This document shows positions 15,513 to 23,439 of a stretch of 32,000 bases of DNA, piece by piece. Under the pieces are notes generated by a model. It searched no databases and was not told the origin of the DNA. It saw nothing but the letters and a program-made list of their open reading frames with translations. Every line of letters starts with the position of its first letter. Positions within the stretch are counted from its first letter, which is position 1. The translations under genes and the position numbers were made by a program. Source of the DNA: Mycolicibacterium smegmatis (GTDB lineage: Bacteria; Actinomycetota; Actinomycetes; Mycobacteriales; Mycobacteriaceae); the NCBI RefSeq assembly GCF_001457595.1, contig NZ_LN831039.1:6720001-6752000 (forward strand). Reading direction: 5' to 3'.

Positions 15513-16972
15513 CCCCGGTGACCATCAACCACCTTGTTGCGGGCGAGTGGGTGGCCGGTGCGGGCGACGTCGTCGTCAGCGTCAACCCGGCCCACCCGGG
15601 CGACATCGTGGCCGAGGGACACAACGCGACCACCGCGCAGGTCGACACCGCGGTCGCGGCCGCCGCCGAGGCGTTCCGTGCATGGGCGGCCACCCCGACG
15701 CACCAGCGTGGTGCGGTGCTGCTGGCCGCCGCGCAGATCGTCGACCGCAACGCCCAGGCCTGGGGTCTGGAACTGGCCACCGAAGAGGGCAAGACCAAGG
15801 CCGAGGGCATCGGTGAGGTCAAGCGCGCCGCACAGATCCTGCGGTACTACGGCAACGAGGGCGACCGGCAGGCAGGCGAGATCTTCTCGTCACCCCGTGC
15901 CGGCGAACAGATCCTGGTGACCCGCAAGCCACTCGGTGTGGTCGGCGTCATCACCCCGTTCAACTTCCCCATCGCCATTCCGGCGTGGAAGATCGCGCCT
16001 GCCCTGGTGTACGGCAACACCGTGGTGTGGAAGCCCGCGAGCACCGTTCCGGTGCTGGCGATCCGCTTCGCGCAGGCACTCACCGAGGCCGGTCTGCCCG
16101 CGGGTGCGCTGAATCTGGTGATCGGTGACTCCGAGACCGGAACCGCGATCGTCGACCATCCCCGCATCGACGGTCTGACGTTCACCGGATCCACCGCGGT
16201 GGGCCGTCGTCTCGCGTCCGTGGCCGCGACGTGCGGCATCCCGATGCAGGCCGAGATGGGCGGCAAGAACGCCGCCGTGGTGCTCGACGACGCCGACCTG
16301 GACGTGGCCGTCGAACAGGTGATGCTGGGTGCGTTCCGGTCGACCGGCCAGAAGTGCACCGCCACATCCCGTTTGATCGTCACCGACGGCATCGCCGACA
16401 AGTTCACCGAGGCACTGGTCGAACGGGCCCGCGCACTGCGGGTCGGCGACCCCACCGACGACGCCACCGAGATGGGTCCGGTGATCACCGACGCGTCCCG
16501 CGCGTCGATCCTGGCCGGGATCGACACTGCCGTCGCACAGGGCGCCACGGTGCTCGCCGGTGGGCGGCCCTACACCGAAGGCCCGCTCGCCGAGGGGTAC
16601 TTCATCGCCCCGACCGTGCTGGAACTCGACGGTTCCCCGGCCAAGGTGTGGAGCGAGGAACTGTTCGGACCGGTGCTGGCGGTCCGCCGCGCGGCCGACG
16701 CCGACGAGGCGTTCGAGCTCGCCAACGACAGCGAGTTCGGCCTGTCCGCGGCGATTTTCACGCAGGATGTGACCCGGGTGCTGCAGGCCATGGAGCAGAT
16801 CGACGTCGGTGTGCTGCACGTCAACTCCGAGTCCGCCGGCGCCGATCCGCATGTGCCGTTCGGTGGCGACAAGAAGAGCGGTCTGGGCCCCAAGGAACAG
16901 GGGGCCGCGGCACGGGATTTCTTCACCCACACCACCACCGTGTACCTGCGGGGCGGGCGGCCGGGCGTATGA
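15509..16972 (+). CDS. NAD(P)-dependent aldehyde dehydrogenase (candidate glutarate-semialdehyde or gamma-glutamyl-aminoaldehyde dehydrogenase)
   Basis: ATG 15509 overlaps the gcdH stop (ATGA). ALDH motifs VITPFNFP, WKPAS, FTGST.VG, EMGGKN and catalytic Cys GQKCTATSR. 487 aa. Confidence 0.9.
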   Translation: MTPVTINHLVAGEWVAGAGDVVVSVNPAHPGDIVAEGHNATTAQVDTAVAAAAEAFRAWAATPTHQRGAVLLAAAQIVDRNAQAWGLELATEEGKTKAEGIGEVKRAAQILRYYGNEGDRQAGEIFSSPRAGEQILVTRKPLGVVGVITPFNFPIAIPAWKIAPALVYGNTVVWKPASTVPVLAIRFAQALTEAGLPAGALNLVIGDSETGTAIVDHPRIDGLTFTGSTAVGRRLASVAATCGIPMQAEMGGKNAAVVLDDADLDVAVEQVMLGAFRSTGQKCTATSRLIVTDGIADKFTEALVERARALRVGDPTDDATEMGPVITDASRASILAGIDTAVAQGATVLAGGRPYTEGPLAEGYFIAPTVLELDGSPAKVWSEELFGPVLAVRRAADADEAFELANDSEFGLSAAIFTQDVTRVLQAMEQIDVGVLHVNSESAGADPHVPFGGDKKSGLGPKEQGAAARDFFTHTTTVYLRGGRPGV

Positions 16973-18072
16973 GCGCGGCCGCACTCGAGGGCGTCGTCGT
17001 CGCGGACTTCAGCCGCGTGTTGGCCGGGCCGTACGCGACGATGATGCTCGCGGACTTCGGCGCCGAGGTCATCAAGATCGAGCGGCCGGGCACCGGGGAC
17101 GACACCCGACAGTGGGGCCCTCCGTACGACTCGACCGGCGTGGCAACGTATTTCAACTCGGTCAACCGCAACAAACGCTCGGTCGCACTGGACCTGGGCA
17201 GCACGGAAGGACGCGAGCAGGCGCGTGAGCTGATCCGCCGCGCCGACATCGTGGTCGAGAACTTCCGACCGGGCACGATGGAGAAACTCGGCCTCGGCTA
17301 CGACGACGTCCGCGCGATCCGCCCCGACGTCATCTACTGCTCGATCACGGGATTCGGCCACGGCGGCGGGGCCGCCCTGCCGGGCTACGACCTGCTGGTG
17401 CAGGCCGTCGGCGGTCTCATGAGCGTCACCGGCACCGAACCGGGCGATCCCACCAAAGCCGGTGTGGCACTGGTGGATGTGCTGGCCGGTATGCATGCGC
17501 TCAGCGGCATCCTGGTCGCCCTGGCGCACCGCGACCGCACGGGCGAGGGCCAGCGGGTCGACACCAACCTGTTCTCGGTGCTGCTGTCGTCGATGGTCAA
17601 CCAGGCGTCGGGTTATCTGGGCGCCGGTGTGGTGCCGGGCATCATGGGCAACCGGCATCCGAGCATCACGCCGTACCAGACCTTCGACACCGCCGACCGG
17701 CCCATCGCGATCGCGGTGGGCAACGACAAGCAGTTCCGGGCGTTCGCCGCGGTGATCGGCAGTCCCGACCTCGCCGACGACCCGCGGTTCTCGACCAACC
17801 CGCAGCGGGTGGCCCACCGGGACGTGCTGTGTCCCTTGATCGAGGCCGCGCTCAAGGCCAAGGGCGCCGACCACTGGTATCACGAACTGACCGCGGTCGG
17901 GGTGCCCGCGGGACCCATCAACGACCTGTCGGAGGCGTTCGCGTTCGCCGAGGAACTTGGCATCGAGGCCGTGGTGCAGATGCCCGACGGTCCGACTCCG
18001 CAGGTCGCCAACCCGATCACGCTGTCGGCGACCCCGGTGACCTACCGCAACAGCCCGCCTCCGCTCAGCTGA
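16969..18072 (+). CDS. Family III (CaiB/BaiF) CoA-transferase (candidate glutarate CoA-transferase)
   Basis: ATG 16969 overlaps the ALDH stop (ATGA). N-terminal LEGVVVADFSRVLAGPYATMMLADFGAEVIKIERPGTGDDTRQWGPP is typical of family III CoA-transferases. 367 aa. Confidence 0.9.
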   Translation: MSAAALEGVVVADFSRVLAGPYATMMLADFGAEVIKIERPGTGDDTRQWGPPYDSTGVATYFNSVNRNKRSVALDLGSTEGREQARELIRRADIVVENFRPGTMEKLGLGYDDVRAIRPDVIYCSITGFGHGGGAALPGYDLLVQAVGGLMSVTGTEPGDPTKAGVALVDVLAGMHALSGILVALAHRDRTGEGQRVDTNLFSVLLSSMVNQASGYLGAGVVPGIMGNRHPSITPYQTFDTADRPIAIAVGNDKQFRAFAAVIGSPDLADDPRFSTNPQRVAHRDVLCPLIEAALKAKGADHWYHELTAVGVPAGPINDLSEAFAFAEELGIEAVVQMPDGPTPQVANPITLSATPVTYRNSPPPLS

Positions 18073-19576
18073 GGCCGGGCCGTTCGCGGCTCACCAGCAG
18101 TTGCCACGCGCGGATCGCGAGCCACAGCTGGGCACGGGTGTCGGCCGTGCCGAGGTCGTCGGCGAGCAGATCACTGATGCGCCGCATCCGGTTTCGCATG
18201 GTGTGGCGATGGATCTGGAGTTCACTCGCGGCGGCCTCGAGCTGACCGTTGTGGCGCAGGAACGCCGTCAGCGCGTCGATCAGTTCGTCGCCTCCTGCGA
18301 GCAGAGGCTCGATGGGTTGGGCGAGCACACGCAGTTCCGCGGTGCTGCGCCCGCCAAGCAACGTGCCGAACACCTTGACCTCGGTGAACTCGGTGATGTT
18401 GCGCCGGGAGTTGGAATGCGCTGCGATCCTGGCCTGCTCGGCCCCGACGACCGCATCGGCGAGGCGCACCGGCTGGCTGGCCCCGCCTCTGACGGTGCGC
18501 CCGGTGACACGTCCGAACTCCTCGACCGCGGCATAGACGCGCCTGCGCCGGGCTGCGTGCACGATGATCGCGAACTCGTCGCCCGTGCTGGTCATCAGGT
18601 ACGACCCGGCCGGTGCGAGGCGCTGCCCCAGATCGTCCTGCGCCGTCAACAGCGGCGTGAACCCAGTGAGCAGCAGGACGACCACCTCGTCGTCGGGCTG
18701 AAAACCCAAGTACCGCAACACCGCACTGTCGGTGGTGCCGGTGCCCGAGAGGATGTCGCGGGTGACGGCGGAGCGCAGCCGGTCCTCGGCGTCGACCACC
18801 CGCGCGGGTTTCTCCAGTTCGATCGAGATGAGCGATACGGCGTGCGCGACGAGCAACCGCTGCGAGTTGGACATCGGCTGCTCGGTGCGCACCGCGAGAT
18901 GCCCGCGCACGGGCTGTGCGGCGCGCAGGGTCTGCACGGTGACATAACCATCCGCGTCGGCGACCACGCCGGCCTGCGCACGCGCACCGGCGCGCCGTGA
19001 CGCCTCCAGCACCTCGACCAATCGCTGGTCGGCCGCACCACGGGTGGCCAGGATGCGGCCCTCGATGTCGGCGACGACGACTGTCGCGGAGAGGCATTCG
19101 GCGAGAGCGTTGACGACCGCGGGGATGCCGCCGCGCAGTGTGGCCCGCGCCAGCACCTGCTGTTGATCGACCATGCGCTGCACGGCGCTCAGTTCGTCGG
19201 CCTTGACGGCGTCGATCACCACGCGGGCGATCGCGATGAACGGTGTCGAGGCAGGCACCTCGAGCACCGGCAGCCCCAGTTCGTCGCCTGCGGCCAGCAC
19301 GGCCGCGGGCACCTCCTGCAGCGTGGTGCCGGTGTCGACGGCGAGCGCCGCGATGCCCGCCGCCGACAGCCGTGCGACGTAGTCGCGTTGTTCGCCGGCT
19401 CCGGCACCGATGTTGATGCCGGTGGTCATGACGAGCTCGCCACCCGCCAGATACGGTGTGGGATCGCGCAACTCGTTGGCGTGGGCCCAGGCGATCTCCC
19501 GGTCCGCGCCCTGCGCGCCGGCCAGCAGCGACAGGCCGAGCGACTCGACCTGTGCCAGCCCGCGCGCGGTGATCAC
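18065..19576 (-). CDS. PucR-family transcriptional regulator
   Basis: N-terminal PurC-like domain (LGLSLLAGAQGADREIAWAHANELRDPTPYLAGGELVMTTG). C-terminal PucR HTH (LEAAASELQIHRHTMRNRMRRISDLL). I chose the start at GTG 19576 because it overlaps the upstream stop (GTGA) and gives the canonical N-terminus. The track start at 19693 would overlap the upstream gene by 121 nt. Confidence 0.82.
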   Translation of the reverse strand: MITARGLAQVESLGLSLLAGAQGADREIAWAHANELRDPTPYLAGGELVMTTGINIGAGAGEQRDYVARLSAAGIAALAVDTGTTLQEVPAAVLAAGDELGLPVLEVPASTPFIAIARVVIDAVKADELSAVQRMVDQQQVLARATLRGGIPAVVNALAECLSATVVVADIEGRILATRGAADQRLVEVLEASRRAGARAQAGVVADADGYVTVQTLRAAQPVRGHLAVRTEQPMSNSQRLLVAHAVSLISIELEKPARVVDAEDRLRSAVTRDILSGTGTTDSAVLRYLGFQPDDEVVVLLLTGFTPLLTAQDDLGQRLAPAGSYLMTSTGDEFAIIVHAARRRRVYAAVEEFGRVTGRTVRGGASQPVRLADAVVGAEQARIAAHSNSRRNITEFTEVKVFGTLLGGRSTAELRVLAQPIEPLLAGGDELIDALTAFLRHNGQLEAAASELQIHRHTMRNRMRRISDLLADDLGTADTRAQLWLAIRAWQLLVSRERPGLS

Positions 19577-20382
19577 TCCGCCGGCGCCGCCGCCAACGCC
19601 CGTGACTGGCGGGCCTGTTCGGCCGCGCCGACGAACGCGCCGAACAACCGCATCCGGTCGGCCTCGGGACCGTCGGTGTCCTCGGGATGCCACTGCACGC
19701 CCAGATAGAAGCGGTCGGGATCCTCGACGCCCTCGGTGATGCCGTCGAGTGCGCGGGCCGCCACGACCAGGCCGCGGCCCAGGCGGTCGACAGCCTGGTG
19801 GTGGCCGTTGCGGCCGATCACGCGGTCGGTGCCCAGGATCGACCGCAGCCGGGTACCGGGCACGACGTCGATCGGTTCGTCGACGAACACCGGTTCACCG
19901 GGTCCGCCGTGGTGCAGCTTGTAGTCGACGATGTCACCTATGAGCGACCCGCCGCGCGCGACGTTGAGCAACTGCGATCCCCGGCAGATCCCAAAGATCG
20001 GGCGACCGGCGGCCTCGGCCGCGGCGATCACGGCGAACGCGTCGCGGTCGGCACGCAGATCGACACCGTAGGAGTTCGGGATGGGTTCGCAGGAGCCGTA
20101 ACACGACCCGTCGACATCGCCGCCGCCCAGCAGCAGCAGACCGTCGAAATCCGCTGCGGCCTCGGGGTTCTCCAGCGGTTGCGTGGTGTCCCAGAGCTCG
20201 AACGACGCGCCGAGTGAGACCAGGGTGGCAAGCGCGGTGCGGGTGAACCGCCTGACCAGTCCGGCGTCGTGCTCGTTGATGCCCGGAAAGTTCAACGAGG
20301 CCACCACGCACACGTGCGCACGCACCGACGTGGGCTCGCACGGGTTCGGGATCACGTCTTCACGACGTACCCGAATGGTCAT
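19573..20382 (-). CDS. Class-I glutamine amidotransferase-like gamma-glutamyl hydrolase (peptidase C26, PuuD-like), paralog 2
   Basis: 269 aa. Nucleophile elbow IFGICRGSQLLNVARGG, NGHHQAV, and WHPE near the C-terminus. ATG 20382 overlaps the paralog-1 stop (ATGA). Confidence 0.85.
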   Translation of the reverse strand: MTIRVRREDVIPNPCEPTSVRAHVCVVASLNFPGINEHDAGLVRRFTRTALATLVSLGASFELWDTTQPLENPEAAADFDGLLLLGGGDVDGSCYGSCEPIPNSYGVDLRADRDAFAVIAAAEAAGRPIFGICRGSQLLNVARGGSLIGDIVDYKLHHGGPGEPVFVDEPIDVVPGTRLRSILGTDRVIGRNGHHQAVDRLGRGLVVAARALDGITEGVEDPDRFYLGVQWHPEDTDGPEADRMRLFGAFVGAAEQARQSRALAAAPAE

Positions 20383-21092
20383 CGCGATTCCTTTCTCTTG
20401 CGGGCCCGGTCCACCAGGTCGGCGAACAGGGCCGCGTCGCTGTCAGCTGTGGCGTGCCGGTCCTCGGGATGCCACTGCACGGCAAGGATATCGGCCCGCC
20501 GGTGCTCGACGGCCTCGATCACCCCGTCGGCGGCGACGGCCGTCACCGTGAGATCTGCGCCCAGGCGGTCGATGGCCTGGTGGTGGTATGACGACACGTC
20601 GACGGTCTCGGTGCCCACGATCGAGTGCAGCCGCGACCCGGTGACCACCCACACCGGGTGGATGGCGTTGTGGTGCGCCGTGGTGGTCTCGGTGATGTGC
20701 TGTACCAGGGTGCCGCCGAGCGCCACGTTGAGCACCTGCAATCCGCGGCAGATCGCCAGGGTCGGCAGGTCCAGCTCGAGCACCGCGCGGGTCAGGCCCA
20801 GGTCGAAGTCGTCCTGGAACGCGACGGTGTCCTTGGTCTGCGGCGCCGGGTCGGCGCCGTACCGGCACGGTTCGACGTCGGCGCCGCCGGGCAGAAGTGC
20901 GCCGTCGAACGCCGCGAGGCGTTGCGGCAGTTCGGCGAGCGGGTCGGCGGCGGGCCCGTGCAGGATGACGGGCTCGCCGCCGGCGGCCCACACCGCCTCG
21001 CAGATGGCCTCGGCGGCCAGCGTCGCCGAGAACCGCAGGATCGGCACGCTCTCGGCCCGCCGGCCCGGGACCGCGATCAGCGGGCGGTTCAC
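20379..21092 (-). CDS. Class-I glutamine amidotransferase-like gamma-glutamyl hydrolase (peptidase C26, PuuD-like), paralog 1
   Basis: GTG 21092 overlaps the upstream stop (GTGA). LAICRGLQVLNVALGG, SYHHQAI and VQWHPE. 237 aa. Confidence 0.85.
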   Translation of the reverse strand: MNRPLIAVPGRRAESVPILRFSATLAAEAICEAVWAAGGEPVILHGPAADPLAELPQRLAAFDGALLPGGADVEPCRYGADPAPQTKDTVAFQDDFDLGLTRAVLELDLPTLAICRGLQVLNVALGGTLVQHITETTTAHHNAIHPVWVVTGSRLHSIVGTETVDVSSYHHQAIDRLGADLTVTAVAADGVIEAVEHRRADILAVQWHPEDRHATADSDAALFADLVDRARKRKESR

Positions 21093-21808
21093 TCGCCGAA
21101 GGGGTAGTCGAGGGTCGGCAGCCATTCCTTCCAGACGTCACGCAGACGTCCCGAGGAGATCAGACGTTCGAGCGCACCGTCGATCTCGGCGAGGGTGTCC
21201 GGCCGGTCCTTGGACACCGCGATGCCCCACTTGTTGGCGGTCTTGACCGTGAAGGCGAGCTCGTAGTCGGGGTGCGTCGCACCCAGCGGCACGAAGACCA
21301 CGTCGTCGTCGACCACGGCGTCGACCTCCTCGGCCAGCAGCGCCGCCAGCATGTCGGCGTACACGTCGTCCGAACCGGCGCCGAACGGCACCGGGATGGC
21401 GCCCGTGAAGGTCTCCGCGAGCTTCATGTTGGTGCTGTTCTCGATCGCGGCGACCTTGCGGCCCACGAGGTCCTCGGGGCTCTTGATCCCAGTGCCCCGG
21501 CGGATCAGCACGCCCTCGTGGAAGATCGCGTAGGGCCTGGTGAAGTCCACCTGCGCCTGCCGTTCGGGGGTGATGCCCTGGCCGCACAACACGGCGTCGG
21601 CGTCACCGCGCTGCACGGCGGGGATCATGTCGACCCAGGGCACACGCACCCATTCGACGGACCTGCCGAGTTCGGCGCCGAGCGCCTCGGCCACGCCGGG
21701 CTCGTATCCCGTGCGTCCGTTCTCGGGGGTCCACAGCGAGAACAGCGGCGGGGCCTCGGCGTCGAGGCAGGCGAGCCGCAAGGGGGCACGGGTGGTCGTC
21801 TCGGTCAC
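21089..21808 (-). CDS. Family-3 solute-binding-protein-like (periplasmic-binding-protein type II fold) protein without a signal peptide
   Basis: GTG 21808 overlaps the GS-like stop (GTGA). 239 aa. LRLACLDAEAPPLFSLW...GYEPGVAEALGAELGRSVEWVRVPWVDMIPAVQRGDADAVLCGQGITPERQAQVDFTRPY matches the amino-acid ABC SBP (SBP_bac_3) core. The N-terminus VTETTTRAPLR has no hydrophobic h-region and no lipobox. Confidence 0.72.
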   Translation of the reverse strand: MTETTTRAPLRLACLDAEAPPLFSLWTPENGRTGYEPGVAEALGAELGRSVEWVRVPWVDMIPAVQRGDADAVLCGQGITPERQAQVDFTRPYAIFHEGVLIRRGTGIKSPEDLVGRKVAAIENSTNMKLAETFTGAIPVPFGAGSDDVYADMLAALLAEEVDAVVDDDVVFVPLGATHPDYELAFTVKTANKWGIAVSKDRPDTLAEIDGALERLISSGRLRDVWKEWLPTLDYPFGE

Positions 21809-23190
21809 GGTGCGTCGCTCCAATACATTTCGCGTTCCCAGTCGGTCACATATCCACAGAACCTGGCCCACTCGTCGGCGTGGAAGTCGATGAGCAGCGA
21901 GGAGAGGTCCGGTCCGAGCGCCTGCGTGAGCACCTCGTCGGCACGGAACGCCTCGATGGCCTCGCCGAGCGTCAACGGCAGTGCGGGGAACCGGGTGTCG
22001 ACGAGCGCGTCGTAGGACGAGCCCTGGGTCGGCGCACCCGGATCGATCTCGTTCTTCATGCCGTCCTCGCAGGCCGCGAGGATCACGGCGTGCGACAGGT
22101 AGGGGTTGACCGCGGCGTCGGGCAGCTTGTACTCGAGGCGGCCGACAGCCGACAACCGCACGGTGCAGGTCTTGTTGTCCAGGCCCCAGTTGATGCGTGA
22201 CGGCGCGAATTGTCCTGCGTCCCAGTACCGTTTGTACGAGTTCACCGTGGAGCCGTTGATCAGCATGGCGCCGGCCGAGTGCGCGAGCAGGCCGCCGAGC
22301 GCGTGCTGGCCGAGTTCGGACAGGTGCAACTCGGTGACGCCGGGTTCGGCGAGCACGTTGACACCGTCGCGCCACAGGCTGAAGTTGTGGTGGCAACCGT
22401 TCCCCATCATTCCGGTGGCGGGCTTGGGCATGAAGCTCGCCTGGATGCCGAGCTCGCGTGCCACCTGCTTGCAGATCTGCCGGTAGGTGGTCAGGCGGTC
22501 GGCGGTGAGATCGGCCCGGTCGTACATGAAGTTCAGTTCGACCTGGAACTCGTCCTCGTAGTCGCCCTCGATCATGTCGAGGCCGAGCGCCTGGGCGTAC
22601 TCGACGACCTTCTTGACGATCGGACGGTTCCGCTCGAGATGCTCGATGTGATAGGCGGGGCTTGACCCGGGGCGGAACTGCGCTTCCAAACCCTCACCCT
22701 GCCAGGTCATCTCGGGCTCGCAGCCGGTGCGCAGCTCCAGACCCGTGCGGTCGGTGAAACCGGCGTGCAGGCGCCGCAGCAGCCCGCGGGAGTCACAGGC
22801 GAATTCGGCGCCTGCACGTTCGGCCAGGTGATCGGGTTCGTACAACCGGCAGAACACTCGCGCGAAACTGGTGTCCCACGGCAGCACCGCGAAGGTCTCC
22901 AGATCCGGGATCGCGGTGTACTCAGGGGCGTTCACGCCACCGGCGAGCAGCACACCCTCGCGGGTGCCCTGCAGGTTGGCCACCGCGGTCTGGTGCTGCT
23001 GCACACCCCTGACGGCGAGGCGTTCGAAGTGCTTGGCGGGAGCGACCTTGCCCACGACCCGGCCCGTGATGGTGACGGCCTGGAAGTAGACGAACTCGAC
23101 TCCCCGTTCGGCGATGGTCTCGAGTACGGCAGCGAGGTCGGGGCTCGTGGCGTTGGCCTGCCGGTGCGCGTCAAGGGGTGTGATGGTCAT
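21805..23190 (-). CDS. Glutamine-synthetase-like ligase (candidate gamma-glutamyl-amine/amide synthetase, PuuA/IpuC/GlnA3-4-like)
   Basis: 461 aa. GS catalytic-domain block ASFMPKPATGMMGNGCHHNFSLW, and an N-terminal GS beta-grasp (VEFVYFQAVTITGRVVGKVAP). GAGGA SD inside the end of the ferredoxin gene. Confidence 0.9.
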   Translation of the reverse strand: MTITPLDAHRQANATSPDLAAVLETIAERGVEFVYFQAVTITGRVVGKVAPAKHFERLAVRGVQQHQTAVANLQGTREGVLLAGGVNAPEYTAIPDLETFAVLPWDTSFARVFCRLYEPDHLAERAGAEFACDSRGLLRRLHAGFTDRTGLELRTGCEPEMTWQGEGLEAQFRPGSSPAYHIEHLERNRPIVKKVVEYAQALGLDMIEGDYEDEFQVELNFMYDRADLTADRLTTYRQICKQVARELGIQASFMPKPATGMMGNGCHHNFSLWRDGVNVLAEPGVTELHLSELGQHALGGLLAHSAGAMLINGSTVNSYKRYWDAGQFAPSRINWGLDNKTCTVRLSAVGRLEYKLPDAAVNPYLSHAVILAACEDGMKNEIDPGAPTQGSSYDALVDTRFPALPLTLGEAIEAFRADEVLTQALGPDLSSLLIDFHADEWARFCGYVTDWEREMYWSDAP

Positions 23191-23195
23191 GGTGA

Positions 23196-23384
23196 TCAGT
23201 CCTCGATCGTGATGGCCTGGAGCGGGCAGACGTCAGCGGCCTCCTCGACCGCGAACCGCTCGGATTCCGAAGGCGTGCTGATGTATTCGAGGACGCCGTC
23301 GTCGGTCATCGAGAACACCGAGGGGGCGGCGATGACGCACTGGCCGTGGTCCTGACAGCGGTTGAGATCAACGGAGACTCGCAT
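23196..23384 (-). CDS. Small 3Fe-4S-type ferredoxin (P450 redox partner)
   Basis: 62 aa from ATG 23384, with AGGA 6 nt upstream. The track TTG 23390 abuts the SD directly. Cluster ligands CQDHGQC ... CP (DLNRCQDHGQCV...ADVCPLQAI) are typical of actinobacterial P450-linked ferredoxins. Confidence 0.85.
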   Translation of the reverse strand: MRVSVDLNRCQDHGQCVIAAPSVFSMTDDGVLEYISTPSESERFAVEEAADVCPLQAITIED

Positions 23385-23413
23385 GATCAATCCTTTGGGT
23401 TGGGCTGTTGGAG

Positions 23414-23439
23414 CGTTCAGGGGGCTCGTTCAGGGGGCC
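23414..23439. repeat. 13-nt tandem duplication spanning the P450 stop codon
   Basis: cgttcagggggct (23414-23426) is directly followed by cgttcagggggcc (23427-23439), 12 of 13 identical. The real P450 stop is the tca at 23430-23432. Confidence 0.9.
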
